DNA of 64,000 nt from an uncultured delta proteobacterium. Lineage in GTDB: Bacteria > Desulfobacterota > Syntrophobacteria > BM002. Location: the NCBI GenBank assembly GCA_963712115.1, contig CAVQGX010000031.1, positions 224,001-288,000 of the forward strand, written 5' to 3'. This document shows positions 18,848-29,740 of this stretch, in pieces; position 1 is the stretch's first letter, and each line of letters starts with the position of its first letter. The notes beneath the pieces were generated by a model that did not search any database, was not told the DNA's origin, and saw nothing but the letters and a program-made list of their open reading frames with translations. The position numbers were made by a program, and so were the translations under genes.

Positions 18848-18915
18848 TTTATTAGTTTCTTGCTTCTTTCCCACCGAGGAGGGGTATAGACCGATCACCA
18901 TGAGACAAAAAAGAC

Positions 18916-18944
18916 TTGACACTGTATGGGCTGTGCTTTAAATT
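18916..18944 (+). promoter_or_regulatory. Sigma70-type promoter upstream of rho
   Basis: TTGACA-17 nt-TAAATT. Confidence 0.6.
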
Positions 18945-19415
18945 GATATTACATTGAATTAAATTGAGCGGTTTGCAAAACTTCCTGCCTGAGGAGTTTT
19001 CCTAAACTAATTAATTCGAATCCCGGCCATTGAGCCGCCAGTAGAACTCCCAAAGAGGTCTTTGATTCTGAGCAACTAATTGTCTAGCGGAAATAATTTT
19101 CCGAATGACAGGTGTTGCAGCTTCTTAGTGCTGGCACTGTGTCAGTGGATTTTAATGAAAGCAAAAACGAGGAAGAATAAATAACTTTTGATGACGGCGC
19201 CACTTTAAATTGTTTCCCACTCTTTTGAGCCTTTCATTCAAAACCTTGCCGAACAGATCCCTGCTGAGTTCAACTTGCGCCGCGGTGAAACTAGGGATTG
19301 TTCACTTTGATCTACTAATAAGTAGAATCGACGAACGGCGAAGCAAATTAAAAGATAACTCTCTGATCATCTGAGGAAAGGAGGAATGCCCTTCTAAGCA
19401 GATGGGCAAAAAGGT

Positions 19416-20663
19416 ATGGATCTCGTACAACTAAAAGAACAGAACATTAAAGGATTGATACAGCTGGCCAAGGAATTAGGCATTGAGGGTTTCAGCAGTA
19501 TGCGCAAGCAGGAGCTGATCTTCGCCTTGCTCCAAGCACAAGCTGAACAGAACGGTCTGATATACGGTGAAGGAGTCTTGGAAACCCTACCGGACGGATT
19601 CGGCTTTCTAAGAGCGCAGAGCTATAATTACCTTCCTGGCCCTGACGATATCTATGTCTCGCCCTCACAGATAAGAAGGTTCGGCTTGCGAACAGGGGAT
19701 ACTGTCTCAGGACAGATCCGCCCACCAAAGGAAGGTGAGCGCTATTTTGCCCTTCTTAAAGTTGAAGCGGTGAATTATGAGGACCCGGAAGATACAAGGG
19801 ATAAGATTCTCTTTGACAATCTTGTTCCCCTTTATCCCGATGAGAGAGCGGTTCTTGAAACCGATCCGGACAACTATTCCACTCGAGTCATGGACATGCT
19901 CACTCCACTCGGCAAAGGTCAAAGAGGGCTCATAGTGGCTTCGCCTCGAACTGGAAAGACCATGTTGCTCCAGGCTATTGCTAATGCCATTACTAATAAT
20001 CACAAGAGCATATACATGATTGTCCTGCTCATCGATGAACGACCGGAGGAGGTCACCGATATGGAGCGGTCGGTGAAAGCGGAAGTGGTGAGTTCGACTT
20101 TCGACGAACCGGCCCAACGTCACGTCCAGGTCGCTGAGATGGTGATCGAGAAGGCCAAACGTCTTGTAGAGCACAAGCGAGATGTAGTCATACTCTTGGA
20201 TAGCATCACCCGCTTGGCGCGCGCCTACAATACGGTGGTGCCCCCCAGCGGCAAGATTCTCTCTGGCGGGGTTGATTCCAACGCTCTGCATAGACCCAAA
20301 AGGTTTTTCGGTGCAGCCCGGAACATAGAGGGTGGAGGAAGTCTCACCATTATCGCCACCGCACTTATAGACACCGGTAGCCGGATGGATGAAGTTATCT
20401 TTGAAGAGTTCAAAGGTACAGGTAATATGGAAATTCACCTAGATCGGAAACTGGCCGATCGAAGGATATTCCCATCCATTGATATCAACCGCTCAGGCAC
20501 ACGCAAAGAAGAACTTTTGCTGCCGCCCGACGATTTGAACCGCGTATGGATCCTCCGTAAGCTTCTCTCTCCCCTAAACACAGTAGATGCTATGGAATTC
20601 TTGCTGGACAAACTGTCGGGTACGAAAAACAACGCTGATTTTTTGGACTCCATGAATCAATAG
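19416..20663 (+). CDS. rho: Transcription termination factor Rho
   Basis: [41 protein letters not shown]. Confidence 0.98.
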   Translation: MDLVQLKEQNIKGLIQLAKELGIEGFSSMRKQELIFALLQAQAEQNGLIYGEGVLETLPDGFGFLRAQSYNYLPGPDDIYVSPSQIRRFGLRTGDTVSGQIRPPKEGERYFALLKVEAVNYEDPEDTRDKILFDNLVPLYPDERAVLETDPDNYSTRVMDMLTPLGKGQRGLIVASPRTGKTMLLQAIANAITNNHKSIYMIVLLIDERPEEVTDMERSVKAEVVSSTFDEPAQRHVQVAEMVIEKAKRLVEHKRDVVILLDSITRLARAYNTVVPPSGKILSGGVDSNALHRPKRFFGAARNIEGGGSLTIIATALIDTGSRMDEVIFEEFKGTGNMEIHLDRKLADRRIFPSIDINRSGTRKEELLLPPDDLNRVWILRKLLSPLNTVDAMEFLLDKLSGTKNNADFLDSMNQ

Positions 20664-20745
20664 AGCAGATGGCTATCCTTCCATCCACCCAAATCCACCG
20701 CCTAATTTAGTTATCAGGACTGAAATCAACGGCTTATGGAGTATT

Positions 20746-20934
20746 CCCTGATCACCAGCAAGGTATTAGGTGCAAGGCGCCGAGGAGCAACGACTGAGGC
20801 GTATGGAGTAATACGCCGCAAGCATGCCCCCGCGCAGGCGGGGGGAGAAGTGATCGAAGGCAACGCCGCCCTTCGACTTTGCTCAGGGCCGTGAGCCTGT
20901 CGAACGGCAGATGATGCCTTGCTGGTGATCAGGG
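20746..20934. mobile_element. MITE-like element with 18-bp perfect terminal inverted repeats
   Basis: CCCTGATCACCAGCAAGG / CCTTGCTGGTGATCAGGG; internal hairpins. Confidence 0.65.
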
Positions 20935-20947
20935 TCCAAAAGAATTC

Positions 20948-20976
20948 TTGCCAAATAGCTCCTATGATACTATTAT
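20948..20976 (+). promoter_or_regulatory. Sigma70-type promoter of rpmE-prfA-prmC
   Basis: TTGCCA-17 nt-TATTAT. Confidence 0.6.
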
Positions 20977-21080
20977 AGAAAGGTTTATGACTTGATTACC
21001 TCCTTGAAGGGTATCGGTCTGCCTACTTTTCTGCAATGGCAATGAAAATCCATAGATGGGATTGAGAGGAAAGGAAAGTT

Positions 21081-21338
21081 ATGAAAAAGGACATCCACCC
21101 TGAATATCAACCGACTACAATTCGCTGTCACTGTGGCAGCGAGTTTGAGGCTGGCTCAACCAAAGAAGGTATTAGCGTCGAGATCTGCTCCCAGTGTCAC
21201 CCTTTCTACACGGGTAAACAGAAGCTAGTAGATTCGGCAGGCCGGATTGAACGCTTCCGGAGAAAATACGGTGATTACCTGGATCAGAACAAGAAAAAGG
21301 AAAAGGGAGAGGAAAAGCAAGAGGAGGCTGCGGAGTAA
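21081..21338 (+). CDS. rpmE: 50S ribosomal protein L31 (Zn-binding type)
   Basis: [12 protein letters not shown]...[13 protein letters not shown]. Confidence 0.97.
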   Translation: MKKDIHPEYQPTTIRCHCGSEFEAGSTKEGISVEICSQCHPFYTGKQKLVDSAGRIERFRRKYGDYLDQNKKKEKGEEKQEEAAE

Positions 21339-21361
21339 TCTCCTCGGCCCGGTGAATCAAG

Positions 21362-22432
21362 ATGTTCGACAAGTTGGAGAGCATAGAGGCCCGTTATCTT
21401 GAGTTGGAGAAGGCCCTCAGTGATCCGGCAACAATTGCCAATCATAGGGAATACCAAAAGCTTGCCAAAGAGCATGCTGATTTGACACCTTTCGTGCAGA
21501 CCTGGAGAAAACACAAGAAACTCAGTGCCCGACTTGAGGACAACCACGAACTTCTCGATGATTCAGACCCGGAAATGAGACAACTGGCGAGAGAAGACAG
21601 CAGTGAGTTGCAAGGTCAACTTGATGAATTAGAAGATGAACTCAAGGAACTCCTCACTCCCAAAGATCCCAACGACGAAAAAAACGTGATCCTTGAGATT
21701 CGGGCCGGTACTGGCGGTGATGAGGCAGCCCTTTTTGCTGCGGATCTTTTCAGAATGTACACTCGCCATGCTGAACTCATGAATTGGAAGGCGGACGTGC
21801 TAAGTAGCCATGCCACGGGCATCGGCGGATTCAAGGAAGTTATTTTCTCTATTTCGGGTCACCGCGCCTACAGCCGTCTGAAATATGAAAGCGGGGTGCA
21901 TCGGGTACAGCGCGTTCCCACCACCGAGGCGCAGGGCCGCATTCATACTTCCGCCGTAACGGTAGCTGTGCTGCCTGAAGCTGAAGAGGTGGAAGTTGAT
22001 ATTGAGCCCAGCGACCTTCGCATAGACGTCTTTCGCTCTTCTGGCCCCGGCGGCCAGAGTGTCAACACCACTGACTCGGCTGTCCGCATAACCCATTTGC
22101 CAACCGGACTTGTAGTTACCTGCCAGGACGAAAAATCTCAGCACAAGAACAAAGCCAAGGCACTAAAGGTGCTGCGCGCCAGACTTCTGGACGCAATGCA
22201 GGAAGAGCAAAGGGAGAAAACCGCTGAAGACCGAAAGAGCCAAGTGGGTAGCGGCGACCGCAGTGAACGTATACGCACCTACAATTTTCCCCAAAATCGA
22301 GTGACTGATCACCGAATCAACCTTACCCTTTATAAATTAGAGGAAATTCTCCAAGGGCATATCAACTCCATCATCGATTCACTTACTACCCACTTTAAAG
22401 CCGCGTCAATCATGCAGTCAAACCATGCCTGA
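21362..22432 (+). CDS. prfA: Peptide chain release factor 1
   Basis: [21 protein letters not shown] (PxT), GPGGQSVN. Confidence 0.98.
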   Translation: MFDKLESIEARYLELEKALSDPATIANHREYQKLAKEHADLTPFVQTWRKHKKLSARLEDNHELLDDSDPEMRQLAREDSSELQGQLDELEDELKELLTPKDPNDEKNVILEIRAGTGGDEAALFAADLFRMYTRHAELMNWKADVLSSHATGIGGFKEVIFSISGHRAYSRLKYESGVHRVQRVPTTEAQGRIHTSAVTVAVLPEAEEVEVDIEPSDLRIDVFRSSGPGGQSVNTTDSAVRITHLPTGLVVTCQDEKSQHKNKAKALKVLRARLLDAMQEEQREKTAEDRKSQVGSGDRSERIRTYNFPQNRVTDHRINLTLYKLEEILQGHINSIIDSLTTHFKAASIMQSNHA

Positions 22433-23300
22433 AGAGCCCTGGACCATCCTGAAACTTCTGCATTGGACCACCGATTATTTCAAAAAAAGCAAGGTGGCGG
22501 AACCTCGCGCTTCTGCTGAAGTGCTTTTGGCTCATTTGCTCTCCGAGGACCGTCTCTTTCTCTATCTGAACTATGACCGACCAATGGAAGCCGAGGAACT
22601 GGCCGCATTTCGGGCCTTTGTCAGGCGTCGTCTAGCAGGTGAACCCAACCAATATATCACTGGAATGCAGGAATTCTGGTCACTTCCTTTTCGAGTAAGC
22701 CCGGATGTTCTAATTCCCAGGCCAGAAACCGAAGTCTTGCTGGAAACTGTGCTGGAGTTTCTCGGTTCTCCTGGCCCTGAGGTTAGAGTCCTGGACTTGG
22801 GGACCGGATCGGGAGCAATTGCTGTTGCTTTGGCTCGGGAATTGGGTGTGATCAACATAGTGGCGACGGACTCGTCAATGGCTGCCCTTAAGCTGGCTCA
22901 GGAGAATGCCCTGTTGAATCAGACAGATGATCGCAAAATCCATTTTGTCTGCGCTGACATGTTCACTGCGTTTTCCAGTGCTTCAGCGAAATTTACCGTG
23001 GTTGCAACAAATCCCCCCTATGTAAGCCACGCTGAATTCTCTAAACTTTCGCCGGAGATCCGTGATTATGAACCTCGCTACGCTTTGGACGGAGGCCCGG
23101 ACGGACTGGCCGCTATTAGACGCATCATTAAGCAGGCCCCCACCGTTTTGTCCCAGAAAGGTGCTCTTATCATGGAAATTGGGGCTGATCAGGCTGAGAG
23201 TGTCTCCGCACTAGTAAGAGATAGTCAGCACTATGAAAGATATCGGATTATCAGGGATTACAGCGGTTTAGATCGAGTTCTACTGGCGGTAAAGCAGTAA
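22425..23300 (+). CDS. prmC: Release factor glutamine methyltransferase
   Basis: [23 protein letters not shown]; follows prfA. Confidence 0.96.
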   Translation: MPEEPWTILKLLHWTTDYFKKSKVAEPRASAEVLLAHLLSEDRLFLYLNYDRPMEAEELAAFRAFVRRRLAGEPNQYITGMQEFWSLPFRVSPDVLIPRPETEVLLETVLEFLGSPGPEVRVLDLGTGSGAIAVALARELGVINIVATDSSMAALKLAQENALLNQTDDRKIHFVCADMFTAFSSASAKFTVVATNPPYVSHAEFSKLSPEIRDYEPRYALDGGPDGLAAIRRIIKQAPTVLSQKGALIMEIGADQAESVSALVRDSQHYERYRIIRDYSGLDRVLLAVKQ

Positions 23301-23468
23301 AATCCGAATTTCTAAATCCTAAGCACGAAACAAATCCAAAATCCAAATTTTCAAATGTTCCAAACAAAATTGACTAGCTAGGTTGTATTAGGTTTTGGTA
23401 ATTTGGATTTGGTGAATTAGAATTTGTTTAGTCCGCCTCCGGCGGATCGATATTCGGATTTCGGATTT
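23300..23468. repeat. Imperfect palindrome with 7-bp periodic arms (AAATCCG family)
   Basis: Similar to 6998-7156; carries an inserted TCCGCCTCCGGCGGA hairpin. Confidence 0.8.
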
Positions 23469-23540
23469 TTTGAAATTGCCTTCCGAATCCTAGAAAAGGA
23501 ACTGATGGTTGGGTATTACCCCCTGCAAATAAGGTGAAAG

Positions 23541-24791
23541 ATGGATAAGATAGTCATTGAAGGTGGTCGTCCTTTGAATGGCACCGTGGAAATTAGCGGG
23601 GCAAAAAATGCGGCACTTCCCATATTAGCAGCCACCCTACTTGCCGGCGGTGTTCATCGGTTGCACAATATTCCGCATTTGAGAGACATTCGTACCGCCA
23701 AGACTCTCCTTTACCACCTTGGTGCCACCTTTGAAGAAGGTGATCCGCTCTGTGTTCACACCGACACTGTGGACGGCCATGAAGCCCCTTACGATCTGGT
23801 GAAAACAATGCGTGCCTCGGTGCTTGTACTGGGCCCACTGGTAGCGCGCTTCAAAAGAGCCCGGGTGTCACTACCGGGAGGCTGCGCCATCGGAGCTCGG
23901 CCTATCAACTTTCACCTGGGCGGCTTGGAGCGGTTAGGGGTAAATATTGAGCTAAAGCACGGCTACGTGGAAGCCTCTGCCAAACGGTTGTCAGGCAATC
24001 ACATCTACTTCGATATCCCGACCGTTACGGGCACGGCGAACTTGATGATGGCCGCAGTCCTTGCTGAAGGCCAGACGGTTATAGAGAACGCTGCCCGGGA
24101 ACCAGAGGTGGTTGAGTTGGCCCGCTGTTTAACTAACATGGGTGGTTCCATTAAAGGCGTTGGCACTTCAGTAATTACCATTGAAGGGGTGTCCGAATTA
24201 CAGCCCATGGATCACGTCATCATGCCTGATCGGATCGAGGCCGCAACGTATTTGACTGCAGCAGGTATTACTCGTGGAAACATCACTATTACACCTTGTA
24301 TTCCGGAACATCTGGAAGCGGTTATTCACAAGCTGGAACAGGCTGGCATGAAATTCGAGATCAGTGAGGATTCGATCAAGTCCTTTGGCGGTGAGGTGAT
24401 CCGAAGTATAGACATCAAGACAAACCCTTACCCTGGGTTTCCCACGGACATGCAAGCCCAGATTATGGCCATGATGTGTCTGGCTGATGGTCAAAGCATA
24501 ATTACCGAAAAAATATTTGAAAACCGTTTCATGCATGTAAGTGAGTTGAAGCGCATGGGTGCCGACATCAGCATAGAAGGCAACACGGCCATTGTGCGCG
24601 GTCGGCCAAAACTGCAGGGTGCTCCAGTGATGGCCACGGATTTGAGGGCCAGTGCATCTCTGGTGCTGGCCGGATTGGCTGCCGAAGGTGTTACCGAGAT
24701 ATCCCGAGTATACCACTTAGACCGAGGCTACACGCGCCTCGAAGAAAAACTGAGCGGCGTAGGGGCAAGGATAGAGCGAGTGAAGGAGTAA
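23541..24791 (+). CDS. murA: UDP-N-acetylglucosamine 1-carboxyvinyltransferase
   Basis: [39 protein letters not shown]. Confidence 0.98.
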   Translation: MDKIVIEGGRPLNGTVEISGAKNAALPILAATLLAGGVHRLHNIPHLRDIRTAKTLLYHLGATFEEGDPLCVHTDTVDGHEAPYDLVKTMRASVLVLGPLVARFKRARVSLPGGCAIGARPINFHLGGLERLGVNIELKHGYVEASAKRLSGNHIYFDIPTVTGTANLMMAAVLAEGQTVIENAAREPEVVELARCLTNMGGSIKGVGTSVITIEGVSELQPMDHVIMPDRIEAATYLTAAGITRGNITITPCIPEHLEAVIHKLEQAGMKFEISEDSIKSFGGEVIRSIDIKTNPYPGFPTDMQAQIMAMMCLADGQSIITEKIFENRFMHVSELKRMGADISIEGNTAIVRGRPKLQGAPVMATDLRASASLVLAGLAAEGVTEISRVYHLDRGYTRLEEKLSGVGARIERVKE

Positions 24792-24819
24792 GTGGAAAAA
24801 CTTGGCACTAGGCACCCAC

Positions 24820-25017
24820 AAGTCATTACACTTCGCGCCTGTGCGCTTCGTTGTCATTTGGGCTGGTGCCCGTCATTAGGCCTTGCGGCCGTCATTAGGT
24901 TGTTACAACAATTGACTATAAATGACAGCGTGGCGTATTGACCTAATGACCATAAATGACGCCGAAGGCATAATGACAGCGAAGCGTAGTGACGGCCATA
25001 TCTCGTGGCCAAATGAC
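24820..25017. repeat. GTCA/TGAC modular hairpin array, copy 2
   Basis: Same modules as 14490-14737 in opposite orientation; preceded by GGCACTAGGCAC. Confidence 0.8.
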
Positions 25018-25114
25018 TATGAGCTGAAGCAGCAGATAGTTAAAGCGTTAGGCTGCTTGCTGTAATTATTCATAGAGGGGCATCGACAAACATCATCCAA
25101 AAGGCGCACGCACC

Positions 25115-27559
25115 GTGGGACTTGTTCACCGTCCTCTTTTTCACCTTTTATTCAGTTTCACCAGTGGCATTGTTATAGGCCGGCACCTCTCTCCGGAGCC
25201 TGTAATCTTCTTTATATTGGCATTCTCTTTCTGTGCACTGCTTTTCTTCTTTCTGGTGCAAGGACGGAAAACATGGTTCCTGCCATTGGTTGTTTTTCTC
25301 CTCATTGGAATATTATCCTCTACTAAAATCCCTGATCCCGACCGGCCCCCCGGCACCATTCAAGAGCTCTTGCATAGAAAAAACGTAATCCTCACAGGCA
25401 CAGTTACCCATTCGCTCGAACAAGGTCCAATTAGCAGCAGGATGCTCTTGAACTTGGCGTCCTTCAAAGAAGGCGACCGCTGGCGGGCCGTCTCAGGCAA
25501 CCTGCTCCTTAACATCCGAAATTGTCAGAAACAATGGCCAGTGGGACAACGGCTGGCCGGTCGAGTTCGGATCAGACCGGTACGGAATTTCAACAACCCG
25601 GGGGCATTCAATTACAGACAGCATCTTGCCGATCGAGCAATCTGGCTCAGGGGTTATGTGCGCAGTGATATGGATCTGGTGCCCCTGGACAAACCTGAGC
25701 GAAATTGTAACTATTTCCTCGATTTCACTCGCACCAGAATCCGGGCTTTCATAGACGCTTGGCTCCCCCCTGATCTTGCCGGTCTCTATCGATCTCTCTT
25801 GCTGGGGGAACGCTATGCTCTGAGTGCTGATCTCCGAGAACTGCTCTATAATGCAGGAATTGGACACCTGCTTGCCATTTCCGGCCTCCATCTTGGGCTG
25901 GTGGCGGGCTTCGCTTTTTTGGTATGCTACTTTGTTGTGGTACGCATTCCCACTGTGGCTGGCAGGTGGGGGGCACGACCTGTGGCTGCTCTCGCCGCAT
26001 TTCCCGTCGCCCTCGGTTACGGCCTGCTCACCGGAATGGCATTACCTGCTTTGCGCGCCACCCTCATGCTCGCCGTTTTTACCTTGGCCTTGGTAGTCCA
26101 GCGGGAAAAGGATCTGGTCAACTCTCTCTTGCTTGCTGCCTTCCTTATCTTGAGTATTTATCCAGAAGCTCTTTTTTCTGCATCTTTTCAGCTCTCCTTT
26201 ATTGGTGTAGCCTCCCTAATCTGCATATTATCAGTTCTGCCGGTACCTCGCCTGCTTCTCCCCCAGGATCATAAAAGGGGAAAATTACCTCGGCTAGGAC
26301 GTCGCTCCTACCAATTTATCTGCGGTTCCTTGATCATATCTCTCTATACCGCTCCCGTGGTCCTCTATCACTTTCACCGATTCACTACCCTGGGTATCCC
26401 CGCTAATCTTATAGCAGTTCCGGTTGTTGGTTTCCTTGTTTTACCCGCTGGCTTATTAGCTGTCTCTTTGCTACCTGTGTCCATCTCACTGGCTGGCTTC
26501 CTTCTCACTCTAGGCAGTTTGGGTCTCAATCTGACTGTCGCTCTTTCGAGCAAATTAGGCAGTCTCGCCTGGGCCATTTTTTGGCCCGGAAGTCTTAGGG
26601 CCTGGCAGGTTGTTCTTGCTTACGTTCTACTATTGCTCCCATTCGCAAAAACAAGGCGGTGGTGCCGTTTTAGCTTAATGGCGGTTTGTTCCCTGGTCCT
26701 TATCGGTTCTTGGATGATTCCCCACCATTTCCGCTCATCTAAATCTTTGCTCCGGGTTACTTTCTTGGATGTGAGTCAAGGCAACTCAGCGGTGATTGAG
26801 TTACCTGGGGACAACATCATGCTGGTTGATGGTGGTGGGTTTCAGGGCAATTCCTTTGATGTGGGAAGATATGTGCTGGCGCCCTACCTTTGGCACCGTA
26901 GGATTACTCGACTGGACACCATGGTGCTGAGCCACCCTCATCCCGACCACTACCAGGGCTTGCGTTTTGTGGCCGCCCATTTTCCTGTCAGGCAATTTTG
27001 GTACAGCAATGTGTCCAGGCGGGATCCCAACATCCGCAGCCTGTTGACAACACTGGCTGACAAAAAAGTGGTCTTTGTGAGCCCAGGAGAACTCGCAACA
27101 AGCCAGAACATAAATGGGGTGAATGTTCAGGTACTCCATCCGCCGCCTGATTTCACTGGCAGCGCAAGAACTCCAACTGACAGGGAACTCAACAACCTGT
27201 CTCTCGTGGTTCGCCTTAGATACAAAGACGTCTCTTTCCTTTTCCCTGGTGACATTGAGAAAGAAACTGAAGATGAACTGGCAAGATTGCAGCACCTTGA
27301 GCCTGTTGATGTCCTGCTGGTTCCGCACCACGGCAGCCGCACCTCAAGCTCAATTCCTTTCTTGCAACGGCTCAAACCCCAAATCGCAATTTTTTCCGTT
27401 GGCTTTGATAACCATTTTCATTTGCCCGCTTACAAAATTCGTCAGCGCTATGATGCTTTGGGTATTCGGACGTACAGGACTGATCGGGACGGTGCTATCA
27501 CCGTCATCACTGATGGTCACAACATCGAGGTCGAGACCTTTCTCTCAGTGGCCAAGTGA
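25115..27559 (+). CDS. comEC: DNA internalization competence protein ComEC/Rec2
   Basis: NPGAFNY, HLLAISGLH, SFQLSF, DVSQGNS, SHPHPDHY, PHHGSRTSS. Confidence 0.95.
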   Translation: MGLVHRPLFHLLFSFTSGIVIGRHLSPEPVIFFILAFSFCALLFFFLVQGRKTWFLPLVVFLLIGILSSTKIPDPDRPPGTIQELLHRKNVILTGTVTHSLEQGPISSRMLLNLASFKEGDRWRAVSGNLLLNIRNCQKQWPVGQRLAGRVRIRPVRNFNNPGAFNYRQHLADRAIWLRGYVRSDMDLVPLDKPERNCNYFLDFTRTRIRAFIDAWLPPDLAGLYRSLLLGERYALSADLRELLYNAGIGHLLAISGLHLGLVAGFAFLVCYFVVVRIPTVAGRWGARPVAALAAFPVALGYGLLTGMALPALRATLMLAVFTLALVVQREKDLVNSLLLAAFLILSIYPEALFSASFQLSFIGVASLICILSVLPVPRLLLPQDHKRGKLPRLGRRSYQFICGSLIISLYTAPVVLYHFHRFTTLGIPANLIAVPVVGFLVLPAGLLAVSLLPVSISLAGFLLTLGSLGLNLTVALSSKLGSLAWAIFWPGSLRAWQVVLAYVLLLLPFAKTRRWCRFSLMAVCSLVLIGSWMIPHHFRSSKSLLRVTFLDVSQGNSAVIELPGDNIMLVDGGGFQGNSFDVGRYVLAPYLWHRRITRLDTMVLSHPHPDHYQGLRFVAAHFPVRQFWYSNVSRRDPNIRSLLTTLADKKVVFVSPGELATSQNINGVNVQVLHPPPDFTGSARTPTDRELNNLSLVVRLRYKDVSFLFPGDIEKETEDELARLQHLEPVDVLLVPHHGSRTSSSIPFLQRLKPQIAIFSVGFDNHFHLPAYKIRQRYDALGIRTYRTDRDGAITVITDGHNIEVETFLSVAK

Positions 27560-27617
27560 CTGTGACTTTGATGCGAGGGGAAAAGGCTGACAGCTTTGAA
27601 AGGCGGGTTAATTTAGG

Positions 27618-28634
27618 CTATGAAGATAGGGGAAAATGACATGCCACTTTGTGGGCCCGGCCCACATCATGGAGGTACGGTTCGCTGGCGGGATCGGTGC
27701 ATACCTCAGGTCTAGCCTGCTCCTGATATACCGGGCAGCGTGGGGCAAAACGGCAGCCGCTGAAAGACCGCTCGAAATCAAACACGCCCCAATCACCAGA
27801 AGATCCTGGTGACGTTAGACCGGAGACTTCGCGGCTCTCTTTGGTAACCAGTGAGGACCAGAGACTGCGGGTATAGGGATGACGAGGGGAGTGGGCTATG
27901 TGGCCGGCCAATCCCAATTCGACGATCCTGCCTAAATACATGACCGCCACCTTGTGGCTTACAAGCTCTACCATGCGCAGGTCGTGGGAGATGAAAAGGT
28001 ACGACAGACCAAGCCTATCCTGCAGGTCCTTTAGTAAATTGACCACTTGCGCCTGAATAGACACGTCCAGGCCGCTGGTGGGCTCATCGGCAACCAGAAA
28101 TCGAGCCCCCACCGCCAGGGCGCGGGCAATCCCCACCCGCCGTTTTTCCCCCCCGGAAAGCTCATGAGGAAAATTGCCCAGTTTGCTCTCCTTAAGGTTG
28201 ACCTGCTCCAACAGTGTTCTTGTCCTGGAGTCGACTTCCGGACCACTCATCTGGTGATGAACCTGGACTGCCTCTTTCAAAATTGCCTGGACTCTCATCT
28301 TGGGATTGAGCCCGGCATCCAGATCCTGAAACACCATCTGCATATCTTTCCTCAGAGGATGGAATTCACCTGCGGAGAGAGAAAGGATCTCTTTACCGTC
28401 AAAGAAGATTTCGCCTGAAGTGGCGGGGGTAAGCCGGAGAATCGTCTTACCCACCGTGGTCTTGCCAGAACCTGACTCGCCCACCAGTCCGAGGGTTTCA
28501 TTTTCCTTGAGGTAGAAGCTCACATCGTCCACCGCAGGAATCGTCCTCTGCCTGCCTCGCCCCAAGGAAAAGGGACCTCTTCCCTGAAGGTAATATTTTT
28601 TCAGATTGACTACTTCGAGAATTGTTTTATTCAT
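27618..28634 (-). CDS. Oligopeptide/dipeptide-type ABC ATPase (OppF/DppF-like)
   Basis: GESGSGKT, LSGGEKRR, ADEPTSGLD, HPYT, C-terminal GCRFAPRC...VACH; ATGA-coupled start 28634. Confidence 0.92.
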   Translation of the reverse strand: MNKTILEVVNLKKYYLQGRGPFSLGRGRQRTIPAVDDVSFYLKENETLGLVGESGSGKTTVGKTILRLTPATSGEIFFDGKEILSLSAGEFHPLRKDMQMVFQDLDAGLNPKMRVQAILKEAVQVHHQMSGPEVDSRTRTLLEQVNLKESKLGNFPHELSGGEKRRVGIARALAVGARFLVADEPTSGLDVSIQAQVVNLLKDLQDRLGLSYLFISHDLRMVELVSHKVAVMYLGRIVELGLAGHIAHSPRHPYTRSLWSSLVTKESREVSGLTSPGSSGDWGVFDFERSFSGCRFAPRCPVYQEQARPEVCTDPASEPYLHDVGRAHKVACHFPLSS

Positions 28635-29740
28635 ATTCGTTCGTCGAAATAGAGCCAGCATCTTACCCAATGACCGGGAGAGATTTCCTTCAATGCTGGC
28701 TCATGTTCTTTGCAGCTTTCGTTAATTTTTTCGTTCTTCTGATTGCAGCGGGGATAGAACCTGCACCCCCCAGGGATATTCATGGTGTCGATTACGTCGC
28801 CCTCAATAGCCTGCAAAGAGACTTTCTCTTTGATATGTTTTTCCTCAGGGATGCAGGCGAGTAGTGCTGCGGTGTACGGGTGGTTGGAGCCATCTTGGCA
28901 GCGGAGGATCTCTTGGACTGAGCCCGATTCCACCACCCTGCCGCCATACATCACCGCCACCCGGTCAGAGAGCCTGCCGACCACCTCGATATCGTGACTT
29001 ATGAGCATGGTGGTTATGTTCAATACTGCCTTGAGTTCCATCAGCAGTTCCACCACCTTGGCTTGTATGGTGGCGTCAAGCCCCGTTGTCGGCTCGTCGG
29101 CGATCAACAGCGAAGGCTCCGCCGCCAAGGCCATGGCGATCATCACCCGCTGACACATACCGCCCGACAGTCCGTAGGGGTGGTTATGGTATCGCAACCG
29201 GGGGGAATCGATCTTAACCCTCTCGAGCCAGTACAGAGCTCTCTGTTGGGCTTCCCGGCTGTTCTTGGTTTCGGTATTGAGCTGGATGGCTTCGGTTATC
29301 TGTTTTCCCACAGTGACAAATGGATTCAGCGATGACTGCGGATCCTGAAAGATCATGGCGATCTCTTTGCCACGGATGTCTCGCATAAGCCGCTCTGTTT
29401 TTCTTTGCCAGCCGGCGCAGTCCTTTTGTACCGCCATGATCCGGCCATTTTTCCTTTCCCGCTGAACGTACTGATCGAGGTCCTGGAGTAGGTTCTGCTG
29501 AAGCCCGTTGGATCTGTATTCTATCTTCCCGGAAATCACCCCCGGTTCTGCGCCCAGCAGACCCATAACCGATAGAGCGGTGACCGTTTTACCGCTGCCG
29601 CTTTCACCCAACACACCAAGGGTTTCTCCTTGCATTATCTCGAGATCGACACCCTCAGCCGCCCGCACAAAGGCCTGTTTGTTCCGGGCGTAGAAGAAGG
29701 TGTGCAGGTTTTCTATCCTCAATATGACCGTCTGGCTCAT
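28631..29740 (-). CDS. Oligopeptide/dipeptide-type ABC ATPase (OppD/DppD-like) with internal insertion
   Basis: GESGSGKT, MIFQDP, LSGGMCQR, ADEPTTGLD, GCRFYPRC. Confidence 0.92.
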   Translation of the reverse strand: MSQTVILRIENLHTFFYARNKQAFVRAAEGVDLEIMQGETLGVLGESGSGKTVTALSVMGLLGAEPGVISGKIEYRSNGLQQNLLQDLDQYVQRERKNGRIMAVQKDCAGWQRKTERLMRDIRGKEIAMIFQDPQSSLNPFVTVGKQITEAIQLNTETKNSREAQQRALYWLERVKIDSPRLRYHNHPYGLSGGMCQRVMIAMALAAEPSLLIADEPTTGLDATIQAKVVELLMELKAVLNITTMLISHDIEVVGRLSDRVAVMYGGRVVESGSVQEILRCQDGSNHPYTAALLACIPEEKHIKEKVSLQAIEGDVIDTMNIPGGCRFYPRCNQKNEKINESCKEHEPALKEISPGHWVRCWLYFDERI

